DNA of 64,000 nucleotides from an uncultured Thermoleophilia bacterium (GTDB lineage Bacteria > Actinomycetota > Thermoleophilia > UBA2241). Shown here piece after piece: positions 31,701-40,762 of the stretch. Every line of letters begins with the position of its first letter. The stretch's first letter is position 1. The position numbers were made by a program, and so were the translations under genes. Below the pieces are notes generated by a model, which did not search any database, had not been told where the DNA came from, and worked only from the letters and a program-made list of their open reading frames with translations. The stretch is taken from positions 640,001-704,000 of the forward strand of contig CAVPCT010000005.1 in the NCBI GenBank assembly GCA_963702475.1, in the 5' to 3' direction.

Positions 31701-32951
31701 AGGAGAGGGTCTCAGGGGGGCGCTCCGCTCCTTCCGGACTGCCTTACGGCGGTCCTGCAGAGCCCCCTTCGACCCTCTCCTGCCCTTCCGCGACCGTCCC
31801 GGAAGCCGCGCTCACGAGCCCGCTCGTCGACGCGGCTTGCGGACCCGGCCGGGCGGGCGCGCCTTCGGCCGGCCCGCCCGGCGAGAGCCTGGCCGCGGTG
31901 GCGGAGGGGCCGCCGCGGCCGTACACCTCGCTCACGGACTTCATAGCGCGCACGCGCGTGGGTCGCGAGATCGCCGAGAACCTGGTACGCCTCGGCGCCT
32001 TCGACGCGCTCGGCGTACGCCGCGAGGAGCTGGTCGCGCAGGTGCCCCTCCTCTACGCCGGCGCGAAGCCGGCCGGCGCCGCGGCTCAAGCGGGCCGAGG
32101 CCGCCGGCGGCTCTTGCCGGGCGCGGAGGGACGGGTGGGGGTCGACGGAGGCTCTGCAGGGCCGCCGTCAGGCAGCCCGAAAGGAGCGGAGCGCCCTCCG
32201 GAGACCCCCACCCGGCCCGCAGCGTCCGGCTTCGGCGAGGCCGCCGGCGGCCTCGGCCTCGATCAGCCGCGGCTCGCCCTGGACGAGCAGTTCGCCCCCC
32301 TCGCCTTTCTGCCGGACTGGCCGGCGCAGCGGCGCGTCAGCATCGAGCTCGAGCTGCTCGGGCTCAACGTCACCGCCCATCCGCTGCGCTTCGTGCGCGA
32401 GCAGGTCAAGGCGCTCGGGGTCACGCCGGTGGCGCGCCTGCCGCAGGTGCCGCACGGGCGGCGGGTGCGCCTGGCCGGCGTGCTCGAGCGCGCCCAGATG
32501 CCCTGGATCCGCAGCGGCCACCGCACCATGTTCCTCACCATCGAGGACGAGACCGAGCTTGGGGCAGGTGGTGGTCTTCAACGACGTCTACCTCAGGTAC
32601 GGACGCGTGCTCAAGAGCGCCGTCTATCTGTTGATCGAGGGCGAGCTGCAGAACGACGAGGAGCACGGTCTCGCCGTGGTGGCGCACCGCATCATGGACC
32701 TCACAGAGGTGCTGGGACGGGGCGGCGTGCTGCCGACGGGGGGGCGCCGCCACGAGCCGGCGGCGGGCGCCGAAGGCGCCGGCGGTACCCCAGCCGCAGA
32801 CGGCTTCCCACCCGGGGCCTGGTCGCCGATTGCGACCGCCGGCCCCCACGCGGGAGCTCCGTCTGTCCCCGGCGGTCTCACCTCCCGGCGACCCGACGCC
32901 TGGGAGTTGCCTGCGGTGGAGCCGCGCACACGGCCGGGCCGCACGGGCTGA
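28784..32951 (+). CDS. dnaE2: Error-prone DNA polymerase III alpha (DnaE2) with three large in-frame insertions; frameshift at ~32560 in the OB domain
   Basis: FVHLHTHS, TDH, TNDVHY (PHP); GRGSAGNS, PDVDIDF, KMDIL (catalytic Asp); YGFNKAHA, NNQPMGFYSP; MFLTIEDET. SOS-regulated context. Confidence 0.9.
29134..29275 (+). repeat. Palindromic element copy A, in frame in the dnaE2 PHP domain
   Basis: Terminal stem GGGCGGACAGGGGG/CCCCCTGCCCGCCC (one mismatch). Core 29211-29250 CTGCAGGGCCGCCGAAGGCGAGCCCGAAAGGAGCGGAGCG. Confidence 0.8.
31697..31785 (-). repeat. Palindromic element copy B, inverted and in frame in dnaE2
   Basis: Perfect 15-bp stem GGGCAGGAGAGGGTC/GACCCTCTCCTGCCC. Minus-strand core 31721-31760 CTGCAGGACCGCCGTAAGGCAGTCCGGAAGGAGCGGAGCG. 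Confidence 0.85.
32132..32214 (+). repeat. Palindromic element copy C, in frame in dnaE2
   Basis: Perfect 12-bp stem CGGGTGGGGGTC/GACCCCCACCCG. Core 32154-32193 CTGCAGGGCCGCCGTCAGGCAGCCCGAAAGGAGCGGAGCG. Confidence 0.85.
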
Positions 32952-33060
32952 GACATCCGACGCCGGACCGCCTGCTGCCAGGGCGCCCAAGGCGAAGGCC
33001 CGCCGCGACGCACGAGAGTGGCGCCGGTGAAGACTCGCCTCGTCGCCGCCGCGCAGCCGC

Positions 33061-33513
33061 TCACCCGCCGCCGGATCCCAGCACGCGCATCACCGCCGTC
33101 CCGCCCAACGCTACAGCCAGAGCAAGGACGGTCGTCCACACCGCTGCCCCCACGCCGAGCCACAACACCAGCCGGCGACGCTGGGCACCGAGAGCGACGC
33201 CGATAGCCGCCGCCAGCCCCGTACCGACAAGAAGCGGGGCGAGCAGGCCCCATCCGATCACACCGTAACGGTCCCACACACGCCGCAGCCGCCCGCCCTC
33301 CCGCACTCCGCCGCGTCTGAAGCGGCGCACGAGCCAGGTGCGGAACCTGTCGCCGGCGAGCACGATCACGGCGATGCCGAGCAGGGCGCCGACCAGAGCG
33401 GCGGCCCAGACGAGCAGGACTGGAAGCCCCATGACCACCCCTGCCGGGACGGCTGCGTAGAACGACACGACGCCGATGCCGACGGTGACCAGGACCTGCA
33501 GGACGACGCTCAC
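33061..33513 (-). CDS. Small multidrug-export-like membrane protein
   Basis: AAVPAGVVMGL..RYGVIGWGLLAPLLVGTGLAAAIG; about four TM segments. Confidence 0.7.
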   Translation of the reverse strand: MSVVLQVLVTVGIGVVSFYAAVPAGVVMGLPVLLVWAAALVGALLGIAVIVLAGDRFRTWLVRRFRRGGVREGGRLRRVWDRYGVIGWGLLAPLLVGTGLAAAIGVALGAQRRRLVLWLGVGAAVWTTVLALAVALGGTAVMRVLGSGGG

Positions 33514-33515
33514 GC

Positions 33516-35447
33516 TCAGAACACCGCCACCTCGATGATCACCTCGTCGCCCTTGCGCAACCGCTCCCCGGCCACCGGGTCCTGCCCGACCACGTCCCCG
33601 GGGTAGTGACCCCAGCCGGCGACGTAGTCCGTCGACACCACGAAGCCTTCACCCTCGAGCACCGCCTTCGCGTCCCCGGAGGTCAGCCCGACCACGTCGG
33701 GCACCGTGACCATGGGCGGCCCGCTGCTCACCCAGTACGTCACCGTGTCCCCGCGGGTCACCGTCGTCCCGCCCTCCGGTTCCTGCCGGTAGACCTTGCC
33801 CTTGGTCGCCGACAGCGTCGCGGACCGGCGCTTGCGCGGAGTGAGCTGGGCCTTCTCGAGTTCCGCTCTGGCCTCTTTCGCGGTGAGGCCGGCGAGCACC
33901 GGCGCGGGGATGTGCAGCGGCCCCTTGCTCACCCACAGGTCGATCTGCACGCCCTCCTCCACCGAACTGCCGGCCTTAGGGCGCTGCCTCGCCACGGCGC
34001 CGGCATCCACGCGATCGCTCCACACGTAGTGGGTCACCGTGGTGAACCCGGCGGAGCGCAGGGAGTCGGCCGCAAGCGCCGCGTCTTCCCCGAGCACGCT
34101 CGGCACCGAGGCGCTGCCGTCCAGCACGTAGGCGTACACGGCCCATCCGGCGCCCCCGGCGGCGGCGAGGAGCAGCACGACGAGGATCCAGCGGAGCGTG
34201 TGCCGTCCGCGCGGCCGGACGGCGGGCTGCACCGCGGCCGGACCGGCGGCGGACGCACGGCGATCCTCCGGGCGCAGCTGACGTGTGCGCGCGTCGGCCG
34301 CGACGGCGGTGGCGGTCTGCACGGCCGGCGCGGAGGACGCGGACGCAGGCCCGGACGCGCGGGCACTCGTACCCGCACCCGGAGCGCCACTCCCGCCGGC
34401 GCCGGTGCCGACGGCCGCCGGCGACGCGGCCGGACCGGCGCCCGTGGCCGTGCCGGCCCCGGCGAAGGCGCCCCTGCCGGGCGCAGAGCCGGGCGCCGGC
34501 GCGACGCGGCTCCCGGTCGCGCCGGCGCCGGTCGAGCCCGTGCCGGTCGTGCCCGCAGAGGCGGTCGCCGCGCCGGCCGCCTGGATGCGGCGCCGGGCGC
34601 CGGCGGCCCTCGCGGCGCGCAGGGCGTCGGCGAACTCGGCGGCGCTCTGGTAGCGGTCCTCCGGACGCTTGCAGAGAGCCCGCATGACCACCGCGGCGTA
34701 CGCCTCGGGCACGCCTTCGGCCACCGAGCGTGGGTTGGGCGGCGCCACCGACACGTGCTGCAGCGCCACGGCCACGTCGTTCTCACCGCGGAAGGGCGGG
34801 CGGCCGGTGAGCATCTGATAGAGGACCACGCCGAGGCTGTACAGGTCGGAGCGCTCGTCGGCCGGCTTGCCCTGCGCCTGCTCGGGCGAGACGTACGACG
34901 TCGTGCCGAGCATCGCCCCGCTGCGGGTGAGAGCCGACTCGCCCACACGGGCGATGCCGAAGTCGGTGACCTTGACGGCGCCGTGCTCGTCGATCAGGAC
35001 GTTCGCCGGCGTGATGTCGCGGTGCACGATGTGCTGCTCGTGGGCGGCGCGCAACGCACTCAAGACGGCCAGTGCCAGGGCCGCCGCCTCGTCCGGCTCG
35101 AGCCGCCCCTCGCGCTTCAAACGCTGCTTGAGACTCTCACCGCCCACGTACTCCATCACGATGTACGGCGATCCGCCGGCGCGACCGCGGTCGTACACGG
35201 CCACGATGGCACGGTGGTTGAGGCTGGCGGCCGCCTGGGCCTCGATGCGGAACCGCTCGACGAACTCCTGGTCGGCGGCCAGGGACGACTTGAGCACCTT
35301 GACGGCGACGAGCCTGCCCAAGCTCTCGTCGCGGGCGAGGTAGACGTCGGCCATGCCGCCGCTGCCGAGGCGTGAGAGCATGCGGTAGCGCCCGTCGAGC
35401 GGCGAAGTCAAGGGAAGCCCGGTGTCACCGTGTGCGTTTTGGTCCAT
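33516..35447 (-). CDS. PknB/Stk1-family Ser/Thr kinase with TM segment and PASTA domains
   Basis: LGSGGMADVY, VAVK, HRDITPAN, TDFGIA, SPEQ; Ala/Gly-rich linker; TM; VPSVLG/VPDVVG PASTA repeats. Confidence 0.93.
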   Translation of the reverse strand: MDQNAHGDTGLPLTSPLDGRYRMLSRLGSGGMADVYLARDESLGRLVAVKVLKSSLAADQEFVERFRIEAQAAASLNHRAIVAVYDRGRAGGSPYIVMEYVGGESLKQRLKREGRLEPDEAAALALAVLSALRAAHEQHIVHRDITPANVLIDEHGAVKVTDFGIARVGESALTRSGAMLGTTSYVSPEQAQGKPADERSDLYSLGVVLYQMLTGRPPFRGENDVAVALQHVSVAPPNPRSVAEGVPEAYAAVVMRALCKRPEDRYQSAAEFADALRAARAAGARRRIQAAGAATASAGTTGTGSTGAGATGSRVAPAPGSAPGRGAFAGAGTATGAGPAASPAAVGTGAGGSGAPGAGTSARASGPASASSAPAVQTATAVAADARTRQLRPEDRRASAAGPAAVQPAVRPRGRHTLRWILVVLLLAAAGGAGWAVYAYVLDGSASVPSVLGEDAALAADSLRSAGFTTVTHYVWSDRVDAGAVARQRPKAGSSVEEGVQIDLWVSKGPLHIPAPVLAGLTAKEARAELEKAQLTPRKRRSATLSATKGKVYRQEPEGGTTVTRGDTVTYWVSSGPPMVTVPDVVGLTSGDAKAVLEGEGFVVSTDYVAGWGHYPGDVVGQDPVAGERLRKGDEVIIEVAVF

Positions 35448-35666
35448 CGAGGCGGCCGGCGCGGCGCCCGCCGGGTGGGCCCGAGGCGACGAGCCCGGCC
35501 CGCCAGACCTCCGCCCGGGTCGAGGCGTCGGGACATCCAGTGTAAACGAGCGCCGTGATGGTGTCGTCCCGGCGGCTTGAGCCGCTGTGCAGGGACGCCG
35601 GCGAGGCCCGCGGAGTTCGGTTCGGGCGGGCGCCGGCGGCGACCGTGAGGGCCGGCGCCATCCCGA

Positions 35667-37286
35667 CTACCCGCTCTGCCGCTCGGCCAGGATCTGCAGG
35701 GCCTCCAGCTCGTCACGCTCGAACCAGTAGAGGTCGCAGATGCTGCAGTAGTCCACCTCGACGGCGTGCTCGTAGCTGAAGTGGCGTCGCACCATGGCCC
35801 TGCCGCACCGCGGACAGGGGAGCAGGGCCGTCTGCGGCCGCCCGCGCGCGTGCACGGCGGTCCGCCGCAGTTCGTCGCCGCTGACGGAGAGCAGGTCGGC
35901 CAGCCTCTCCTGGTCGGGAGTGAACGCCGCCTCGCGGCGAGCGAGCATCTTCGCCACCTCGTCCGGCGTCACAAGGCGCCCGCCGCACGAGGGGCACACC
36001 GTGACCCGCAGACCCTCGTAGTCGGCGAGGGCGAGCGGCGCGGCGCAGGAGGGGCAGGACGCCGCGCGCCCGCTCGCTGTGGACGGCGTGCCGCGACCGC
36101 CCCCCGCCGAGGCCGCGCCGAGCGGGGCGGCCACGTGGACCGGCACCAGCGGCGCCACGGGCGGCGCGGGACGCCCTTCGGCCGCCCGCGCCGCCCCGGC
36201 CGCGGCGCGGCCCGCGTCGGCGAGGCTGACATGGCGGCCGGCGCCGCCGGCCGCCGGGGCGGGCGCCCAGTGCTCGCGTGCCCCGAACCTCTCCGAGGCG
36301 GCGTCCACTTGACGGGCGAACTCCTGGGGCGAGGCGGCGGCCAGCGTCAGCAGCGCGTCGACCCGCTCGCTCAGCGGCGGGTGCGTGCTCGTCCAGCCGC
36401 GCGAGCCCCCCTCCACCGTGTCCCGGATGCACAGCGGCGCGAGGCCCTCGGGGATGTAGCCGACGCCACCGGGATGACGGCTGATGATGCGCAGCGCCTC
36501 GGCCAGGCTCAGCGGGTCGCGCGTGTACAAGGCCGCCGCCACGTCGGCTTGCCGCTCGCGCGCGCGGCTCAGGGCGGCCGACATGACGGAGGACGCCAGT
36601 TGCACCACCCAGAGCCAGGCGCGCACGCCGACCGCCCCTATCGCCACCGGCGCGGCACGCGTGCCGGCCGCGCCGACGGCGGTCTGCTCCAGACTCTCAC
36701 CGAGCGTCGAGTAGATGCCGAAGAGCAGGCACGAGACCGTGACCGTGACGTACGTCCCGGAAAGTACATGCGCGAGCTCGTGCGCCACCACTCCCTGGAG
36801 CTGCTGGCGCGACAGCCGCGCGAGCGCGCCCTCGGTGACCCCGATGACGCCCCCGCCGTGCAGGTCGCTGAACGCGAACGCGTTCAGGCCCAGCGTTCTC
36901 ACGGTCACGCACTCGACGCGCGGCGACCCCGTGGCGATGCGCATCTCCTCCACGACGTTGGCGAGCCGCTGGTGATACCGGTCCCCAGGATCGAGCGGCG
37001 CGCAGTGCATGGCCCGCAGCAGGCGGTCTCTGGCCCCCAGCTGAGCCGCGAACCAGTAGAGCATCGAGGCCGCCGCGGAGATCCCGAAGATCAGCCCCAC
37101 ACCCCGCAGCGTGAACACCCAGCTCACGGTGTCGACGAGCGGGAAGCTGACATAGAACGCCACCGTGACGATGAGGCAGAGCACCCACACCGAGGCGAAG
37201 ACCAGCGCCAGCAGCAGCGCGAACAGCAGCCAGATCCGCCAGCGCCTCTCGCGCTCGATGTCGAAGGGAGAGCGCCGCTGCTCCAC
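35667..37286 (-). CDS. M48 (HtpX-like) zinc metalloprotease with two C-terminal zinc-ribbon domains
   Basis: LNAFAF, LQGVVAHELAHV, SRARERQADV, THPPLSERV; CPSC..CPSCGG and CPRC..CSIC..WFERDEL. GGAGGTGA RBS favours the GTG at 37286. Confidence 0.88.
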   Translation of the reverse strand: MEQRRSPFDIERERRWRIWLLFALLLALVFASVWVLCLIVTVAFYVSFPLVDTVSWVFTLRGVGLIFGISAAASMLYWFAAQLGARDRLLRAMHCAPLDPGDRYHQRLANVVEEMRIATGSPRVECVTVRTLGLNAFAFSDLHGGGVIGVTEGALARLSRQQLQGVVAHELAHVLSGTYVTVTVSCLLFGIYSTLGESLEQTAVGAAGTRAAPVAIGAVGVRAWLWVVQLASSVMSAALSRARERQADVAAALYTRDPLSLAEALRIISRHPGGVGYIPEGLAPLCIRDTVEGGSRGWTSTHPPLSERVDALLTLAAASPQEFARQVDAASERFGAREHWAPAPAAGGAGRHVSLADAGRAAAGAARAAEGRPAPPVAPLVPVHVAAPLGAASAGGGRGTPSTASGRAASCPSCAAPLALADYEGLRVTVCPSCGGRLVTPDEVAKMLARREAAFTPDQERLADLLSVSGDELRRTAVHARGRPQTALLPCPRCGRAMVRRHFSYEHAVEVDYCSICDLYWFERDELEALQILAERQSG

Positions 37287-37488
37287 CGAGGTGCTCACCT
37301 CCGGGCCGTCCGCGGCTTCACGTTCATTAACACTACGGAGATGGTTTCAACTACGTCAGCGATGGTAATATACCGCCTGCGTGGTGGAGTCCCCCTCCAC
37401 ATATCCCTCCACCGCGCTGGTACTCCCAAGTACCACCCCATGGCTCCTTTCACAAGCCCCTCTCCCCGAGGGGCTGCCCGGAAACGGG

Positions 37489-37524
37489 CGCGGGACGGCG
37501 GCGCGACAGCGCCGCCGTCCCGCG
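37489..37524 (-). terminator. Perfect 16-bp hairpin after the amidotransferase gene
   Basis: CGCGGGACGGCGGCGC-GACA-GCGCCGCCGTCCCGCG. Confidence 0.65.
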
Positions 37525-37545
37525 TACGGGGCCGTGTCCTGAGGC

Positions 37546-38259
37546 TCAGCCCTTCGGCAGCAGGCCGCAGTGGACGACGAAGTTCTCCGTGATCCTGTGA
37601 CACAGCCGGGCGTTGGCGTCGAGATTGTCCTCCGTGTCCGTGCGCAGCTTCTCGAGCCACGCCGCGTCCACGTGCTTGAGGTTCCTCGCCGCGTCGTCCA
37701 CCCAGTGTGGGGCGATGGCGGCGTCGATCTCCGGATGGAACTGCGTCGCCCAGGCGTTGCCGCCGGCGCGGAAGGCCTGCACGGCGACGTCGCTGCCGGC
37801 CACGAGGTGCGAGGTGGTGGGCACCTTGCACGCGTACTCATGCCAGCTGAAGACCGTGAACGGCGACGAGATGTCGTGCAGCAGCGCGTCGTCGCTCGCC
37901 TTCTCCACCGACACCCAGCCGACCTCAGGCGCCTTGAGCCTGAAGACGTCGCCGCCCGCAGCCTCGCATACGAGTTGCGCTCCCAGGCACACCCCCCACA
38001 CCGCCCCTCCCTCGTGGATGACGTGGCGAAGGAGCCTGACCTCGTCGGCGAGGAAGGGGAACTGGTGCGCTTGATGGGTGTGCATCGCGCCGCCGAGCGA
38101 GATGAGACCGGCGGCCTCACCGGGCCAGGCCGGCAGGGCGTCACCGTCGTAGAGGCGGCGGACTTCGAACGGGACGCCGAGCGCGGTGAGAGCAGTGGCG
38201 ATGCCGGCGGGCGGATCGTTGGCGTCGTGCTGCAAGATGACGAGAGGTTTGGCGCTCAC
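37546..38259 (-). CDS. Type 1 glutamine amidotransferase-like protein
   Basis: ILQH, SLGG, GVCLGAQL, QFHPE (Cys-His-Glu triad). Confidence 0.9.
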   Translation of the reverse strand: MSAKPLVILQHDANDPPAGIATALTALGVPFEVRRLYDGDALPAWPGEAAGLISLGGAMHTHQAHQFPFLADEVRLLRHVIHEGGAVWGVCLGAQLVCEAAGGDVFRLKAPEVGWVSVEKASDDALLHDISSPFTVFSWHEYACKVPTTSHLVAGSDVAVQAFRAGGNAWATQFHPEIDAAIAPHWVDDAARNLKHVDAAWLEKLRTDTEDNLDANARLCHRITENFVVHCGLLPKG

Positions 38260-38381
38260 GCGAGACTCCTTCTTCCGGTCCTTTGAGTATACCGCGCGCG
38301 CCGGCAGGCGACCTTGCCCCGACGGCCGGACGTCTGCCAGACTCGGCCCATGACCAGACCGCACACCACACGAGTCACTTC

Positions 38382-39236
38382 GTGAGCGCCCCCGCGGCGG
38401 ATGCGCCCGCCGTCGAGGTCGTCTCGGCCGGCAACGAGGTCCTCATCGGCGACGTGCTCGATACGAACACCAACTGGCTGTGCGTGAAGGTCACCGGCCT
38501 CGGCGGCCTCGTGCGGCGCACCGTGATGCTGCGCGACGAAGTGGCGACCATCGCGGCCGAGGTCCGCGGCGCCGTGTCCCGGGGACCTGCCCTGGTGTTC
38601 ACGGTCGGCGGGCTCGGGCCCACGGCCGACGACCGCACCCTCCAGGGCGTGGCGCTCGGTCTCGGGACGACGCTCGTGCTGCACCCGGAGGCCGAGCGGA
38701 TGATCGCCGCAAAATACGGGGAGTTCTACGCCTCGGGTCACGTGCCGTTCCCCGAGATGACCGAGAGCCGCCGCAAGATGGCTCGGCTCCCGGCCGGGGC
38801 GGAGCCGATCGTGAACCCGATCGGCGGGGCCCCGGGCGTGCTCTGCCGCGCCGGCGCCACGTGCGTCGTTTCGCTGCCCGGCGTGCCGGGCGAGCTGAAG
38901 GCGATCGTGGACGGGCCGCTCACGGGGCTGCTCGCCGAGGTGTTCGGCGTGGCGCACTACGAGGAGCGCTCGCTCACGGTCGAGCTTCAGGACGAGTCGG
39001 CGATCGCCGACCTGCTGCGCCACGCCGAAGGCGACCACCCGCGCGTGTACGTGAAGTCGCGCGCCAAGGTCATCGGCAGCGTCCGCGCGCTGCAGATCAC
39101 CGTGAGCGCGCGCGCTACCAGCGCCGGCGAGGTGGACGACCTGCTGGAGGCAGTGACGGAGCAGCTGCTCTCGGGCATCGGCGCGGCCGGCTACGCCGTG
39201 CGCCGCACGCCCGGGAGCCGGACGACTGACCGCTGA
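38382..39236 (+). CDS. CinA-like molybdopterin-binding-domain protein (no PncC domain)
   Basis: GNEVLIGDVLDTN, GGLGPTADDRT, NPIGGAPG, LPGVPGE. Start approximate. Confidence 0.85.
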   Translation: MSAPAADAPAVEVVSAGNEVLIGDVLDTNTNWLCVKVTGLGGLVRRTVMLRDEVATIAAEVRGAVSRGPALVFTVGGLGPTADDRTLQGVALGLGTTLVLHPEAERMIAAKYGEFYASGHVPFPEMTESRRKMARLPAGAEPIVNPIGGAPGVLCRAGATCVVSLPGVPGELKAIVDGPLTGLLAEVFGVAHYEERSLTVELQDESAIADLLRHAEGDHPRVYVKSRAKVIGSVRALQITVSARATSAGEVDDLLEAVTEQLLSGIGAAGYAVRRTPGSRTTDR

Positions 39237-39309
39237 AGGCGGCGCAGCCGTCGGAAGCGGGTCACTGTGCGGTGCGCCGTCAGGCACACCACACTGAGCG
39301 CCGCCGCCT
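39237..39309. repeat. Intergenic palindromic element sharing a module with the dnaE2 elements
   Basis: Inverted repeat AGGCGGCG/CGCCGCCT. CGCCGTCAGGCA (39275-39286) is identical to 32163-32174. Confidence 0.45.
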
Positions 39310-39358
39310 GACCGCCGCGCCGGCCCGCGCGAGGCGGCCCGCGCCGCCGCGGCGGCCC

Positions 39359-40699
39359 TCAGCCCAGGTGGTCCTCGATGAAGTGCGTGTTGACGTCCCC
39401 GGCCACGAACAGCGGGTGCTCGAGCACCAGGCGGTGGAAGGGGATCACCGTCTTGATACCCTCGACGATGAACTGCTCGAGCGCCCAGCGCGAGCGCGCC
39501 AGGCACTCCGTCCGGTCGCGGCCCCACACGACGAGCTTGCCGAGCAGGCTGTCGTAGTACGGCGGCACCATGTACCCCTGGTACACGTGGCTGTCGAAGC
39601 GCACCCACGGTCCCCCGGGCGGGTTCCAGCGGTCGACCACGCCCGGCGACGGCATGAAGTTCTCGGCGGGGTCCTCGGCGTTGATGCGGAACTCGATGGC
39701 GTGGCCCTGCACGCGCACGTCATCCTGGCGGATGGGCAGGCCCTCGCCGGCGGCGATGGCGATGCCGGTCTTGACGATGTCGACGCCGGTGACCATCTCG
39801 GTGACGCAGTGCTCGACCTGCACGCGCGTGTTCATCTCCATGAAGTAGAAGCTGCCGTCCTGGTCGAGCAGGAACTCGACCGTGCCGGCGCCCTCGTAGT
39901 GCGCGGCGACGGCGGCGGCCACGGCCGCGCCGCCCATCTGGGCACGCAGCTCGGGGCCCACGGCCGGGGAGGGCGCCTCCTCGATGAGCTTCTGGTGGCG
40001 CCGCTGGATCGAGCAGTCGCGCTCGCCGAGGTGGATGCCGTGACCCTTGCCGTCGGCGAGCACCTGGATCTCGATGTGGCGCGGCGCCCCGATGTACTTC
40101 TCCACGTACACGGCGCCGTTGCCGAACGCCGCCTCAGCCTCGGCCTGCGCCTGGCGCACGGCGGCCGGCAGCTCGTCGGCGGTCTTCACGATGCGGATGC
40201 CCTTGCCGCCGCCGCCGGCGGACGCCTTGACCATCACCGGCAGGCCGATGCGACGCGCGACCTGCTCGGCCTCGGCGGCGTCGTCGATGATGCCCTCGGA
40301 GCCCGGCGTGACGGGCACACCGGCGGCGGTCATGGTGGACCGCGCCGCCGCCTTGTCGCCCATCATGTCGATGGACTCGGGCGACGGCCCGATGAACTTG
40401 ATGCCGTGCTCCCGGCAGAGCGCCGAGAACGCCGCCCGTTCGGCCAGGAACCCGTAGCCGGGATGGATGGCCTGCGCCCCGGTCTGCAGGGCGGCCTGCA
40501 CCAGCGCCGGCATGACCAGGTAGCTCTGCGCGGCCGGCGGCGGACCGATGCACACAGCCTCGTCCGCGTAGCGCACGTGCAGGCACGTGGCGTCGGCCTC
40601 CGAGTACACGGCGACCGTCTGCACGCCGAGCTCCTTGCAGGCGCGGATGACGCGGATGGCGATCTCGCCGCGATTGGCGATGAGGACTTTGGCGAACAT
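39359..40699 (-). CDS. accC: Biotin carboxylase subunit
   Basis: [52 protein letters not shown]. Confidence 0.95.
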   Translation of the reverse strand: MFAKVLIANRGEIAIRVIRACKELGVQTVAVYSEADATCLHVRYADEAVCIGPPPAAQSYLVMPALVQAALQTGAQAIHPGYGFLAERAAFSALCREHGIKFIGPSPESIDMMGDKAAARSTMTAAGVPVTPGSEGIIDDAAEAEQVARRIGLPVMVKASAGGGGKGIRIVKTADELPAAVRQAQAEAEAAFGNGAVYVEKYIGAPRHIEIQVLADGKGHGIHLGERDCSIQRRHQKLIEEAPSPAVGPELRAQMGGAAVAAAVAAHYEGAGTVEFLLDQDGSFYFMEMNTRVQVEHCVTEMVTGVDIVKTGIAIAAGEGLPIRQDDVRVQGHAIEFRINAEDPAENFMPSPGVVDRWNPPGGPWVRFDSHVYQGYMVPPYYDSLLGKLVVWGRDRTECLARSRWALEQFIVEGIKTVIPFHRLVLEHPLFVAGDVNTHFIEDHLG

Positions 40700-40762
40700 G
40701 AGTCCCGGGAGTATAGCAGCGCCGCGAGCGGCCGTTCGGAGGCCGCGGAGGCGGCGAAGTTG

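Noticed and set aside
28990-32260. dnaE2 insertions as inteins or group I/II introns
   Set aside because: No C/S start with HN-C/S/T end, no homing endonuclease or RT motifs, and too short.
34200-34620. Ala/Gly/Thr-rich kinase linker as another copy of the dnaE2 element
   Set aside because: The 40-nt core is absent, and low-complexity juxtamembrane linkers are normal in PknB-type kinases.
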